Below, in pieces: positions 13,440 through 27,082 of a stretch of DNA of 64,000 bases. The stretch spans positions 57,669,797 through 57,733,796 of the forward strand of contig JAUZTB010000002.1 in NCBI GenBank assembly GCA_034780895.1, read 5' to 3'. The DNA comes from Rhynchobatus australiae. Its lineage: Eukaryota. The notes beneath the pieces are model-generated. The model had not been told where the DNA came from. It worked only from the letters and a program-made list of their open reading frames with translations, and did not search any database. Every line of letters begins with the position of its first letter. The stretch's first letter is position 1. The position numbers and the translations under genes are program-made.

Positions 13440-14510
13440 AGGAACGGAAAAGCCATTCATCCCTTCGAAACTGCTCCACCATTAATCATAATCATAACAA
13501 TGATCCAAATCCATTGCTCTTTTCCAACTTTCTCCCCATTTTCCCTGATTCCTTTGGCCACAAGGACAATACCTAACTTCTTCTTGAATATATTTAATGA
13601 TCTCACATTGACTATGGGAGAGAATTCCACAGGTTCACCATTCTCTGGGAGAAGAAAAATCTCCTCACCTTAGTCTTATCCTTGTACTGCCTCCCTCCCA
13701 CTAGACCATGTGTTCTCCAAAAATTGTAGGAGGATATTTGTACCTTCCTTTGTGAAGGCAGACCACTTCTGGAATTTAATTGGTCTGCCATTTCTTTATT
13801 CCCATTTAAAACAAAATCCCTATTTCTGACTGTAATGATCTAGGTTTGTCTTCTCTTCTCATATCTATAGAATCTTTTACAGGCAGTTTTTAATCTTCTC
13901 TGCAAGATTACTTGCATACTCTATTTTCTCCTTCCTAAACAATCCCTTTGTTCTCCTTTGCTGAATTCTAAATTGCTTTAAGTCATCAGGTTTATTACTT
14001 TATCTGGCCTTTTTATATTTCTCCTCCTCAGATCTAGTACTATTCATTAATTTCTTTTGAAATCCATGCTTATGCCACCTTTTGTGTTTTATTTTTGCTC
14101 TGGACAGGAATGAATGATGTTGCAATTCATTCATGTGCTCTTTAAATGCTTGCCACTGGCTATATTAACTGTCAACCCTTTCAGTAATGTTCTCTGATCT
14201 ATCATAGCCAAGTCATGCCTCACACCTTCATTTAGGTTTGGGACCCTGGTCTCAGAATCAACTCACTCACTTTCCATATTAGTAAAGAATCCTATCATGT
14301 TACGGTTGCTTTTTGCCAAGAGATCCTGCACAAGTTTGTTTGTTGATCCTGTCCTATTACAATACTTAGTCAAGGGTGGCCAACTCCCTCACTGTTTCCT
14401 CAACAGGTTGGTTCAAAAAGCCAATACAATTCACTCCAGAAATTCCTCCTCTACAGTATTATTGCTAAATTAATTTGCCTGATGTGTTTGCAGACTGAAG
14501 TCATCCGTGA
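13440..14510 (-). mobile_element. highly decayed CR1 LINE
   Basis: CR1 tail (gccattcatccctt..ctgctccaccatt), gagaattccacaggttcacc, and endonuclease-region remnants. Confidence 0.6.
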
Positions 14511-14947
14511 TTACAGTTCTATTGTAAGCAGAACAAAAAGATGTAACTATGGCCATAGACGAGAATCCAGGGTAGTTTGGTGTCTGCATGGGTCATATGT
14601 CGTAGTTGTAACTTTAACCCCTAGTCAATAAAAGAGCTCCAGTTTAAAATTATATTCACTGATTTGGCGTAAGCATTCAGAACCATAATAACAGATCACA
14701 TTTGTCCCAATCTGTCTGTGCACTTCACATCATTCACTACTATTGTTATTTTAGCAAAAGGGCAAACACCTGTATTTAATAAAGAGAAGCAGGGATAAGG
14801 CAGGTTACTACAGGCTAATGAGCCTTCCATTAAATTATCAGAGAAAATCCTAAGGGATACAACTTGTGTACATTTGAAAAGGCAGATCAAGTTGTTGTAA
14901 AAACCATTTGTTAATTGTTGTATAAATTGATCTATTTTGCATTTTAG

Positions 14948-15033
14948 CAGCGTTCAACTTCAGAACTGGCCTTTAACTTTGATGCAAACAAGCAGCAGAG
15001 GCAGCTAATTGCAGAACTGGAAAATAAAAACAG
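14948..15033 (+). CDS. DTNB: beta-dystrobrevin exon: QRSTSELAFNFDANKQQRQLIAELENKN(R), start of coiled-coil helix 1
   Basis: Acceptor ttttAG|cag (alternative start 14951) and donor AG|GTagga. 86 nt, phase 0 to 2. FNFDANKQQRQLIAELENKNR matches recalled DTNB. Confidence 0.97.
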
Positions 15034-15509
15034 GTAGGAACAATCATGTGCCTTCCCTCTGATACTGCAGCAAGTATGCTGCTGACATTGTTTAGCATTG
15101 GCGATTAATTTTGGAAAACATTCTTGTACTCTGGTTCATCAAAAAACTTTGAAGCAGTGCAGCAAAAAGATAAGTAGAGCTGCCTAAGGGGAATATGAAA
15201 GGAAAGTTGAGGGCCATAATGATTGGCACAAAATGTTTTATGATTTTATTGGAGGAACTACAAAGTGTAATGTGGGCATGCTAAATAAAACAGTGATTAA
15301 AATAAATAAGGAAATGGACACACTGCTGCAGAGCAGAGAGTAGAATATAGCTGGCAAAAAACTGCATGATGAATGCCAGGTTGTTAACACAGGTGAGAAC
15401 CAGGTNNNNNNNNNNNNNNNNNNNNNNNNNNNNNNNNNNNNNNNNNNNNNNNNNNNNNNNNNNNNNNNNNNNNNNNNNNNNNNNNNNNNNNNNNNNNNNN
15501 NNNNNATTG

Positions 15510-16510
15510 TAGAAAGTTCACATGAGAGATAGAGGGAAGCAAAGACAGATTATGAGAAAATACTGGCACCAAATGTAGAGGGGAATACAAAATTTTTCCA
15601 TAGCCATAAGAACAGGATTATAAGAGGAGAGGTGGCCCAATTGGACGCTTGCAAGGAACTCTACTCGTGGAAGCAAAGAACAGGGCTGAGGTACTAATTG
15701 AAGAAGGAAGAAGATCTGATTGGATTCTTCAATTGAAGCAGACTGGGATTGTTCATTGAACTCATGAGTATTACTTAGTGCGTCATTGAGGGAATTGTAG
15801 TCGACTTGATGTATGTGGATTTTCAAAAGATGTTTAATGAATTGCCAGATAATAGACATTATCAAAATTGAATCCCATGGACTAAAATGCTCTATAGCAG
15901 TATAGATAAAAAAAATTGGATAAGTAAAAGGAAACAGAGTAGAAGTGGAGAGAAGTATACAAAGGAATTTCCCAATGGTGGATACCAGGGCCATCAATTT
16001 TCTTCACAACAGATTTAGGATTATGGAGCATAGTTTCTAGNNNNNNNNNNNNNNNNNNNNNNNNNNNNNNNNNNNNNNNNNNACTGTGAAGCAATAGATT
16101 TGAAGGAAATATCGATAGACTTGTGGAATGGATGGATCAGTGGCAGATGAAATTGAAGGCTAAGAAATGCCATGTGTTAATGGAAGAATGAGAAGATGGA
16201 ATATGAGGCACAGTGCTAAAAGAGATAGAAGAGAAGAGAGTTCCAAGGGTAAATGTGCATTGTTGCCTGAAAATGACTGATTCAGGTGAGAAAGTGATTT
16301 ATAAACATTTAAGATCATGGGCTTTAGTAATGAAGGTGTGAGGGTACAAGAGCAAGGAAGTCAAGATGAAGTGTAATAAAATGGAGTATTGTGTCCAATT
16401 GGGCAGCACACTTTAGGAAATGTGCAAAGGTTTTAGAGAGGTCATGGATGAGGTTTACTCAAATGATCAGTCATTTAGGTAGATTGGAGAAGCTGGGATT
16501 GCTCTGCTTT
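15510..16510 (+). mobile_element. decayed CR1 LINE ORF2
   Basis: gtatgtggattttcaaaag (YxDFQK), gagtattgtgtccaattgggcagcacactttaggaa (EYCVQ..HFRK) and RLEKLGL. Confidence 0.7.
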
Positions 16511-16519
16511 GACAATGTG

Positions 16520-18510
16520 TCATGCTCTTCCATCACAACCTCTGGGTACATCCTTTCATCCAATGATATACTGGTGGGGGTTGGGGTCCTTAGGTCCTCA
16601 GCACTGATGTTGAACTGCATGAAGTCTCATGGAATGAGATTAAATATGGGTAAGGTGAGGGACTTCAATGTCCATCACTGTAAGAAGCTTGGTAGCACCA
16701 AGGTGGATGAGTCCTGAAGTACACAGCTGCTAGATTAAGTCTGGCAGATAGGGAGTGAACGAATACAAGGAATACATCTGCTCGACCTCATTCTCACCAA
16801 TCCATCTGTGGCAGATTATTATTAGCATTTAGCATTCCAGATGAGTGCTGAAGACAAGGCCTGGAGTCTTTGAAACCATGTTCAGCCAGAGGTGCTAAAT
16901 GGATGATCCATCTCAGCTCCCTCCTGAGATCCCCAACATCACAGAAGTTGGGCTCCAACCCATTTGATTCAGTCCACCTGATATCATGAAATATTTGAGA
17001 GCACTAGATATTGCAAAGGCTATGGAACCATACAACCGTGGCTGTGGAAATGAGTGTGGAAAATTGTCCAATCTTGTCCTGTTCACAAAAAAAAGAACAA
17101 ATCCAATCCACCTAAGCAATTTCCTAACAATCAGCAGCAAAATGATGGAAGATGTCATCACAATATGATAAAATGTACTTAGTCACCATTACCTGCTCAC
17201 TGATGTCGAGTTTGGGTTTTGCAATGTCAGGTTTACTCTAGACCTCATCACACCCTGGATCCAAACATGGATCAAGGGAGGTGATTTCAGGTCTGAGGTG
17301 AGAGTGTCTGCCCTTGATATCATAGCAGCATTTGACCGAAAGGGTAATCTGGCACCCTTGTAAAACTGAAGTCAATGGCCATTGTGCGGAAATTTCTCCA
17401 ATAGCTGAAGTCATACTTCAAAGAAAGGAACATGGTTGTGATTGTTGGAAGTCAATCATCTCAGCCCATAGTACAACACCTCATTTCATTAGGGGTGTTC
17501 TCTCAGCCTACCATTTTCAGCTGCTGCTTCAATGAGTTTTCCATCATAATGTCAGAAGTAGAGATGTTTGATGACTGCACAATGTTCAATACCCTTCACA
17601 ATTCCTCAGCAAATGAAGCAGTCCATTCCTGAATGCAGCAAAATTCAGATAACATTGAATTATATATAACAAGTTACATTCATGTTACAATAATATTAGG
17701 CATTGGCCATCAGTAACCAGAGGGAGTCTAACCAACTAGCCTTGACATTCAACGGCATTACCACAAATGAGTCCACCAATAGCAACACATCCTGTGTCTC
17801 ACCATTGACCGGAAACTCAACTGGACAAGACACATAAATACTGTGCCTGTAGGAGTAGAGCAGATGCTGGGTGTCCTCTGGCGAGTGATGCATTGAAACC
17901 CAAATTGTTTTCACAAAGCACCAGTCAGGAGCATGATGGAATACTCTTCACGTCCATGGATAAATGCAGTGCCAACAATTCTCAAGAAGCTCAATACCAT
18001 CCAGAACAAAGCAGCCCATTCCACTGATACCCCATTCACCACCATAAGCATTCCCTGCACCACTGGCACACAGTGCCCATTGTGTGCATCACCTACAAAA
18101 TGAACTGTAGGTACTCACACAGGCTACTTCAATAGCTCCTATCAAGTCACAACCTCCACCACCAAGAAAGACATGAGCATTCTAAAGATGTATGGGTAGG
18201 TTAATATGGGATTTAAAATGGGCGGCACGGACTCATTGGGCCAGAAGGGCCTGTTACCACGCTGTAAATAAAATTAAAAAAAAAATAAGGCACATGGGAA
18301 CATCACTCCCAGATCCCTCTCCTGGCTTGAAAATATAACACTGATGCTTCATCATTGCTCATTCTAAATCCTCGAACTCCATACTCACAGCACAGCACAC
18401 TCACATACATGAAAGACTGCAGAGGTCAAGAAAAGCAGCTCATTGCTACCTTGTTGAGGACAATTAAGGATAAGCAATAAATACTGTATTTGCCTGTGAT
18501 ACCCTGATAC
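16520..18510 (+). mobile_element. decayed CR1/L2-clade LINE, second family
   Basis: LDLILTN, then gcccttgatatc..gcagcatttgaccga (ALDI.AAFDR), and 3' tail caattaaggataagcaataaatactg. Confidence 0.7.
18181..18286 (+). mobile_element. V-SINE 3' fragment nested in the LINE
   Basis: aaagatgtatgggtaggttaat...gggccagaagggcctgttaccacgctgtaaataaaattaaaaaa interrupts the older LINE. Confidence 0.65.
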
Positions 18511-18988
18511 TGAAAAATGAAGACGTGGGGGGAGGAGGAAGCTAGTCCCCTAAGAAACAGTGGTTAGGCCACAGCTCTGGTGATTGCATTACAGGATGTA
18601 ACAATCGAAGAATGGATTCAGAGGAGATTTGTAGCCAATACAGAAAAAAATTATAAAGGCTCTAAAATAGAGTATTTGTGAAAGATCATTTTCCTTAGCA
18701 GACAGGGAGTTCAGAATTTTAGGGTGATGGGGAGAGATTTTTCACTTTGACTCCTTTGAAAATATGCAACTCACTGTTGAAAAGTCGTTTGATGTTCATT
18801 TGATATGCTGTCACTTCCAAAAGTAGGGAGCCAAAGCACTGCAGATTGGGATTAGGCCGAAAGGGCACAAACACATTGATGCAAATGGACACCTGCGATG
18901 TAAATTTCTGTGTTCACTGTATCTAGTGTGATTGCATGTCTTTAGATCTTTCAGAGAAAACATTCCATCTTTTCGGTCTTGCTTTCAG

Positions 18989-19102
18989 GGAGATTCTGCA
19001 AGAAATTCAACGTCTCAGATTGGAACATGAGCAGGCCTCCCAACAGACCCCAGAGAAAGCCCAGCAGAATCCTACCTTATTGGCTGAATTGAGGCTACTA
19101 AG
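18989..19102 (+). CDS. DTNB: beta-dystrobrevin exon: [37 protein letters not shown](R)
   Basis: Acceptor ctttcAG|G and donor AG|GTaaag. 114 nt, phase 2/2. Near-identical to the dystrobrevin coiled-coil/linker region. Confidence 0.97.
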
Positions 19103-21704
19103 GTAAAGTTTAGCTTATCTCACGTTAGCCTTTATATTTCAGCTATTTTGTTTGATTGTGAACTTCTAACAATTGTAGTGTTTTAAAATTAGAAAATGCT
19201 GGAACTTTGAACGAATCAGACAGCATCCATGGAAAGAGGAGCAGAATTAGTGTTTCAACTTGATGATCTGAATTGTCACGTTAATTATCAGTGCTCTCTC
19301 CCGTAATATGCAGTGAAATTTATAATTAGTTTTGGTCCTGGCAAAAATAAATAACGTGGGGCAGTGGCACCCAATAAATTTTGGAAAATGGTTGTTTTCT
19401 ATTACACGTGTACATATTTGTATATTTAAATTATATTTTTAAAATAATTGTTACACAGTTTGATATAATGCATCTCTAGCCCACGAAATGTACTAACTAT
19501 TTTGGATATCTTCACAAGATACAAGTAATCAAACATTGATTATTTCATGAAAAATTAGTTGCCCTTCACATTAAGATAGGTATTTTTCCTGTTGTCTTTG
19601 ACTTTTATTTCCCATATCACTGTGAAACACACATTGTGAAATCACACAGAAAACATTTGTTTTGAATGTACATGGATTTCAGAAGAAAAATAAGAAAACT
19701 TAACCATTTTCTCTTTGAATAATTCCAACAAATTCCTGCCATACATTGTTTTTTCTCAAGGCTTGTTTTTTGCTCCATTTTAGGGGTTTCCATCTTTTCA
19801 GCTGGACCTTGGGTTGGAATGTCTTTGTGTCATTGGCATAAGAGAACAGGCAACTCCATGCCTTGAGAAGCACATGCAGATATTAATGCAATATTTTGGT
19901 CTCTTCCACAAACACACAATCATTACATTTTCACAGCTTCTGCACTTGTAACCTCATTGCCCATCCCATGGGGAATAATGTATTGAGTTTTCCAGCAAGT
20001 GAAATGTTTCTCATGTCTTGGTGATATAGAAGTGTTCAGAAAGTACAGTATTTTTACTCTTGTTCCTCCTGGGCTCTTCAGGTGATGTTCAGACTTGTAA
20101 CATATATGTTTCCCATTGAAGAAGCATACCTATTCATCTGAAGATCTCCAAAATTCAGTTTTATTGGCTAAAATGATGGATCATGAAACTGAGTGTGTGA
20201 ACAGTTTCTGACTTGGTCTTGACTGTACTTAATAATGACATAATCACAACAGTGCTGTTGACAAGCACAGTGCCCAGACTGACAAATTTTTGATTCAATC
20301 CTTTCAATTAGTGATCTGTAGAGAAGCTTGCGTTGTTGGTCATGCTATTCCGTACAACAAGGGAAAATCTCCAACATGAAAGGCACCTTGCACTGTTTGC
20401 CAGCCAACTCAAGAAGTTACAAGGCCAAAAATATCCATGTAAGATCAGAGTCATTAGGGTTGCTCATTCTGTAGTTTCAACCAGTTCGTTGTTGCCATTT
20501 AGTTTCACACATCACAAGCTGCAAACCATTTTGATGGTGACATTTTCCAGACCAAACACAGTAATGCCATGTACTTTCTCATTGTCCATTGATATTTCTG
20601 CTGAAGCAAGGCTACATACAACCTTGAGAAAATGTTCCACTTCTGGACATGGTATCTAGTGTCATGGTTTAGGGGTAGGCTGCTTTATAGTTCAGCAAAA
20701 CACTTGTTCTTTGGCTGTTTTCATTGCTGCCAATTTTATTTAAAGGTTGGGCTCATTAAAAGTAGAGAATGGTTACTCTCTAGTTCCTAGGATTACATTT
20801 TCCAATAATGCCTCCTGAGTTACCATGATAGAAGAGCTGTGCCAGATGTGCCCCCGCTGAAACTTTGCTGTGAAAATATGTTGCGCTCTCAAATACTTTG
20901 CCTGATTTTCGTGAGTGGACAGATTGGAAGCATAAAGGAGTTAAAATCCACCATGCATTTATTATCACATGGTCATCTTAATGCACCTTTGTGGTTGAGG
21001 TGCCCAATTACCTCAGCCTGGGCTTTAGACCAATGTGTAAATTGAGGTTCCCACACTTGTATTAAAAACCTAATATCACCACATTTATGTTAACAAGCTC
21101 AGCCATTAAAGTGGAATAGCTTTTTCAAACTGGTTGCCAGTGGTAGCCCATGTACCTCCTTGCTGATCAATGCTGGTTTTTAAATTCCCACAGTAGAAAT
21201 TTTATGATAAGAAAGACAGACATTTGGTGGTACTTGTCTGCATTGACTTCAGATCGTTCAACTGGAATAATCCCATTCTCTCCCAATACTCATTCTTTAT
21301 GTAAATAACCACTTTAAAAACAATTATCATCTTGTATTGAAGTTTTCTTTCACTTTGAGGATGGCTGTTGTAATCTTCTGTTTTCATATTATTTGTCTAC
21401 ATCATGCATTCTTGACCAGTTTAATTTCTAATTCACAGATGTTTACATTTTACGGCTTTTCTCATTTTGAATGCATAAACCTAAATGGAAAGTGCCCTAC
21501 ACCAACACCACACCCCCAGCCCATCAACTCAATCTCAGTCTGAGAAAGAATAGCCCTCAGTGTTTTGGCCTTACACGATAACCCAGACTCCAGTGAATCT
21601 GTGTGAACTTTTTTCCTCTGCTGCTGTATTCCCTTTATGATGAAAATTCCACAATGACGTGTTTCTGGCTGCATTTTTATACACAATCATGTTGTCTTTT
21701 GTTA

Positions 21705-22290
21705 TTGAGTCATAGAGTGAAATAGCAGAGAAATGGGGCCTTCGGCACACTGAGTCTGGGCCGNNNNNNNNNNNNNNNNNNNNNNNNNNNNNTACATGAA
21801 TCCTACATTAATCCAATTATTTATTCCCATTAACTACCCCCAGATTCTACCACTCACATACACCAGGGGCAATTTACAGTGGCCAATTAACCTCCCATCC
21901 CACACGTCTCTGGGATGTGGGAGGAAACCAGAGCACCTGGACATAACCCACACTGTAACAGGGAAAACATGCAAACTCCATGCAGACAGCACTTGAGATC
22001 AGGATTAAGGGGGTCTCTGGCACTGCAAGGCAGTAGCTCTGCTAGCTGCTCACATCCACCTATGCCAATTTACATTAATTTAACTGTTCTCCCATTAATT
22101 TTCCCTCCCATACCCTATTCTCCCAACATTCCTATCAACTACTCCCCCAAAATTTTACCAAGTCCATGTCTTTGGGATGTGGGAAGAAACTGGAGCACCC
22201 TAGGGGGAAACCCACAAAATCACAGGGAGAACATGCAAACTCCACACTAACAGCAGCTGGGGGTTAGAACTGAACTTCAGTTTCTGGAAC
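21705..22290 (-). mobile_element. two adjacent HE1-like V-SINE copies
   Basis: Two V-domains (tgggatgtgggaggaaaccagagcacc ~21911 and ~22173), each followed by acatgcaaactcca. CR1-type tail at ~21710-21760. Confidence 0.8.
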
Positions 22291-24589
22291 TACAAGGAGG
22301 TAAGTAGAAAACTAGAGGAGGTGCAGTTAATGTTACAGCAAAATGAGTGGCCCAGATTTCACCTCAGTCCAGTTTTAATTGGTTAAATTGATCAGGAATC
22401 AATAAAACAGAAAAAAAAGTTCAAATCTAACTTCAGCAGGCTCAACAAATTTTAATGCACAAGTTGGTGCTTGATCTGACTTGCTGCTTATGCTCACACC
22501 ACCTTGTATGGGTGGTAACAGCAATCTTTTATGGTTCCCTGGGTCAAATTGAGCTCCAAACCTCAGCATCGTTGCCATCCTGCAAAGCAGATTGGGCTGC
22601 AAGAGGTGCTAGGCCTTGGGTGCTGGATCTTGAGGTCCTGCCCCTAGCCTGCCTTAATGACAGCTTGTGTTGTATTTACATTTGGCCTCCTTAGCTGTGT
22701 TTAAATGTCTCTGAGATTTGAAATTGATCAGACTAATTTTAAAAATTTCAAATCACTGACTTATAGAAATTAATTGAAAACATAACGTTAAATAAAAAAT
22801 AAAAACAAACCACCTACCTTCACTCAGTCTTTCAATTAGGTTGACGACCCCATTCAAATGAACAAGGTTGTGCAAGCAACTTGAGCTATCCTTGGCTTAG
22901 ATGCTGAGTGTCTGGCCCCACAGCTCGGCATGACTGATCACCTCCTCTGGACCCGATGCTGAATCCAGTAGCAGCACAGGAGGTCAGATGCACATAATAC
23001 GTACACCTGAAAGTCAGGAAGAGGCTGTCCTGTGCACTGCAGCTGCTTGGAAATTCTCCTGGAACCATCAGCTGGCTGTCAGCACAATCCAAGCTCTAAT
23101 CTGTCCATTTTACCAAGTTAAGTGTTTAAGATGTTTAAGATGTTTAGTCTTTTAAATTGTTAACATAAGAACCATCATGGTAGTTCTTATCCTGATCCTG
23201 TGATATCAACCTCTGAAGTGTGAGAAATATCCACTTTCTGTGGATATATCAGTCTTTAACCTGTGCCACTGATGTGTCTATAAAAAGAACAATGACTTCT
23301 GAATTGAAGCTCTTTTCCCCTCACTTTATTGGTTATTTATGTAAGTTTACGATTTGTTGAGGGGGAAAAAAACATGTTGCACTTCACCACAGATTAAAAG
23401 GCTGTCCAAATACTCTGTATTTATTTTGTCTTAATAGAATGATCCATCACAGGAGGAGGCTATTCAGCTCATCATGCCATTACTTGTTTACTATGATTAA
23501 CAGCAAATAAATATCATATGCCTCATGTTAATGGTTGGTTCTCGCTGCTGTAGTCCCTCCAGTGTTCAGTGTTGCACCCTCAGTTCATTGTGTAAGAGAT
23601 GCTTTTTCAGTTCTCAACTGAACCACAGGGTGGAGTAAAGCACCACAAAGATTGTCCACGTCACCTGGCTCAAGCCCCCTGCTGGTGGGTTTATGGACAA
23701 CCTCTCCCAGTCATCCTAGAATAAGTGAAAGTTACCATCANNNNNNNNNNNNNNNNNNNNNNNNNNNNNNNNNNNNNNNNNNNNNNNNNNNNNNNNNNNN
23801 NNNNNNNNNNNNNNNNNNNNNNNNNNNNNNNNNNNNNNNNNNNNNNNNNNNNNNNNNNNNNNNNTTATCTTGTCCATTTTTCTGTTTCATTCCCTTACTT
23901 GATAAGAAACAGATTGTTTCCTGTCTGATGGACAGAATGTGAATTAAGCAGATACCATGAGAAGACGGATACTGTTGCCAGCTTCCTCCTCCAGGCAATG
24001 AATTTGCTTAGGGGAACAAACAGCTAAATCCTTTCCAATCTGGGCTTTTACTTGTAATGATCATTTTTGGATTATTTTTACCTGATAATTTTATTTGCAC
24101 CAAGCAATTATTTTGACACATTGACATATTGCTCAGGTTATTGAGCTATTATCTGCTGAGCTATTTTGAATGGTATTTTCATAAGAAATGTGTCCTGAGG
24201 AAAAATAAGTTTCTTTGAAACCCAGTGAGGAAGTTGGTCGCTGCGGAACTAATGAAGCTAAGAAGGCACTCCGTCCTTAACCAAGTATCTTGATGAGTGA
24301 AGCATTCTGTTTCAACAATTGTGCAAATATCAGATGTAAGAAATAAAAGGAATGGGAATTGTGATTTCTATCATTGCTCTTCCCACTGACTAAATTTAGA
24401 CTAGAGGATTCAGATGTGCAGTGCCTTTTCAGTCACAATATCTGGGATATTAAGGTTATGTTCCGAGTCAGTAGACCTCCCTGCTTCAGTTGACCAGCAT
24501 CTCTTTAACCTAGTTGAAAACTAGAAATGGGTGCAGAATTGGAAAAGGGAATTAGACACAAATTGAGTTTATCTCCTCATCTTCTGGAA

Positions 24590-25015
24590 TGATAAAACTT
24601 CTTCAGATCCCCACCTTACCTTAAACCTATGCCCTCCGGTAGTAAACAGTTCTGTTAAGGGGTAAGAGTTTCTCACTGGTCACCCTATCTATGCCCTTCA
24701 TAATTTTGTACATCTTACTCAGGCCCTCTCACAGCATTCTCTGCTTCAGGGAAAACAGTCTCAACCTATGCAGTCTCTGCTCATAACTGAAGCACTTTAT
24801 CCCAGGCAACATCCTGGTGAATCTCCTCTGCACTTTCTCTAGAGCAATCACATTGGCACTATGGTGCAGCAATGAGAACTACACATGGTGCTCCATTTGT
24901 AGCCTAACTAATGTTTTGTATGGTTGAACCATGATCTCCCTGATATTATATTCTGTCCCCCAGTTAATGAAGATGAGCATTGTATACTACTTCATCACTA
25001 GCTCATCTATCTGTT
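24590..25015 (-). mobile_element. CR1 LINE fragment
   Basis: ccaggcaacatcctggtgaatctcctctgcactttctc reads ..VQRRFTRMLPG on the minus strand. Confidence 0.8.
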
Positions 25016-26964
25016 CCAAGTTCAATGTTCAAGTTTATTGTCATAGGCATAAGTACCCAGGGTATAAATACCATGAAAATTAACTTTTTGCAGCAGTAGC
25101 ACATTAAAAACACTGTTCCTCATTACTTCATGAGCTTTGCCATTCATTGGGTATACCGAGCCTGATTAGTTCTCCCAAATGTAAACACTGTCAGAAATAC
25201 AGCAGTCAACTTGTGAAGAGCAGTGTGGTGATCTGAAAAGACCAGATGTTTTGAGCAGAACCCATGTCAAAAATAGAAGTGGGAAAGCATATTTCCAGGT
25301 AAATCCAAACAAAATGACTGAGGCGGAGGGGGAGAAGAGCAGCAGGTTTAAATAGAGGCAAAAATTCTTACTTCTCCCACAGACAAGCAGTCTGTGGGTT
25401 TCACTTGAGCTTAATTCAGGATCATTCATGTGGGGATGGATGTTGATCATTCACTCAGTTTCAGTGTCTCTTGGCAGCACTGGTGGATACTGCACATGTG
25501 AGAGTGAGATTTTCAGGTTCGTTGAGACACCAATATAAAAATCACAGCCCAGTGATATGATCAACGCAAATCAATATTTCAGCTTAACTTGGAGTGAGAT
25601 ATACCTTGTATCAAATTTGCCAGGGGACAGAACACTGACCAGATAGAGATCAAAATAAGTTGAGGTTATTTTAATTGACAGATGAATTCCTTGAGGGCCA
25701 GGAAAAGCAATTGTACCTCATTTGGCAACAGAATGTTTTCTTTCTGCCGTCTTCATGAGGCTTTTCCACCCAACCTCTGATCAGCTGGAGGTCATTCCTC
25801 GGGAGCTGAAAGTGCCAGGCTCCCAATCCAATTCTTGTTCTCGGTCGCTATGCCTGATATAACTTTTGGATGCTTTTTGATTCTTCTGTGAACTAATTCC
25901 ATCTGTTCCCTTTCAATAATTTAATTTATTTATAGTTTCACTAATTTCACAGCAAAAATGTGTTTATATTGCAAATTTGGATCATGTGCAGACATGTCCC
26001 TGAATTCATTGATGTTAGTCACTCCCAGAAATGGATCCCATGTTGTCTCTGTTCCATGAGTAATTAAACTACCTCACCTCTTCACACAGAAATGTTCCTC
26101 AAGCAATATGAATGTAGCTCCTTGACCTCCTAGACTGAATATTGTGTCTTTCACGTGTATCCCCGTATTGTCCCCTCCAGTCATTAGGTGATTAGACTCA
26201 GCATTTTAGAAGATTCAGCTAGAATAAAGCATTTGACTTCTCTGACCAAAAGAAAATGTGTGATGCAACAGTTACAGCACTCATTTCATTCCGTACAACT
26301 TGTTTTCTGTAAACAATGAACATGGCTCCCTTGGCACTCATGGGTCTCCTTTCTTGACTTGAACCAAGTTACATCTAATGTTTCTCCTCTTTCTTTTAAA
26401 CTTCCAGTCTGGTAAAAATTTACTTGGCAGTTGTTTTTGTTTGAAAGCCTCAATTTCTCTGATTGTTTGTCTGCGTCTAGATGAGAGGTTCATTGACGTA
26501 CAGCTTTCACCAAATGCTTGCAATCAAAGATTCCCCAAAATATTTGGGTGTGGGCTGTGTATTGGTTGTGAAGACAAGCCAACAAATTGATTTTGGTCTT
26601 GCAGAAAAATACTTAAAAGTGTGATTTTAATCACTTTCCATCTCATTGCTCATTTCTAACTTTGCATTTTGCTTCAAAGTCTCAATTTATAATTTAGAAG
26701 CTTTCTCAAATTATCTGCAGGGAAAAATTAGTCAAATATCCAAAAAGTTTATTTGTCCTTTTGATAACAAAGGCATCCCAGTGTGACTAAGGTTCCAAAG
26801 TAACTAATGTGATATGCCATTTCTAGTTTGTGATGGTAACTATTAATACTTAAACCAAGTTACTGTAGTTTAATGGTAAATTCATTGCATACAGTAGACA
26901 CAAGCATGGCTTTAATTGGCAACTGAAATTATAAAAACCTACCAATATCAGAAATCTGAAATAA

Positions 26965-27082
26965 AAACTAAAAAATGCTGGAAGCCATCAACAGGTCAGG
27001 CAGTATCTGTGGCAAGAGAAACAGATCTTTCTACAGATGCAACGTGATCTGCTGAATGCTTCCAGTTATTTTCTCTTTTTAT
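26965..27082. mobile_element. short palindromic non-autonomous element, family of 58614-58778
   Basis: aatgctggaagccatcaacaggtcaggcagtatctgtgg...cagatgcaacgtgatctgctgaatgcttccag forms an imperfect hairpin. Confidence 0.65.
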
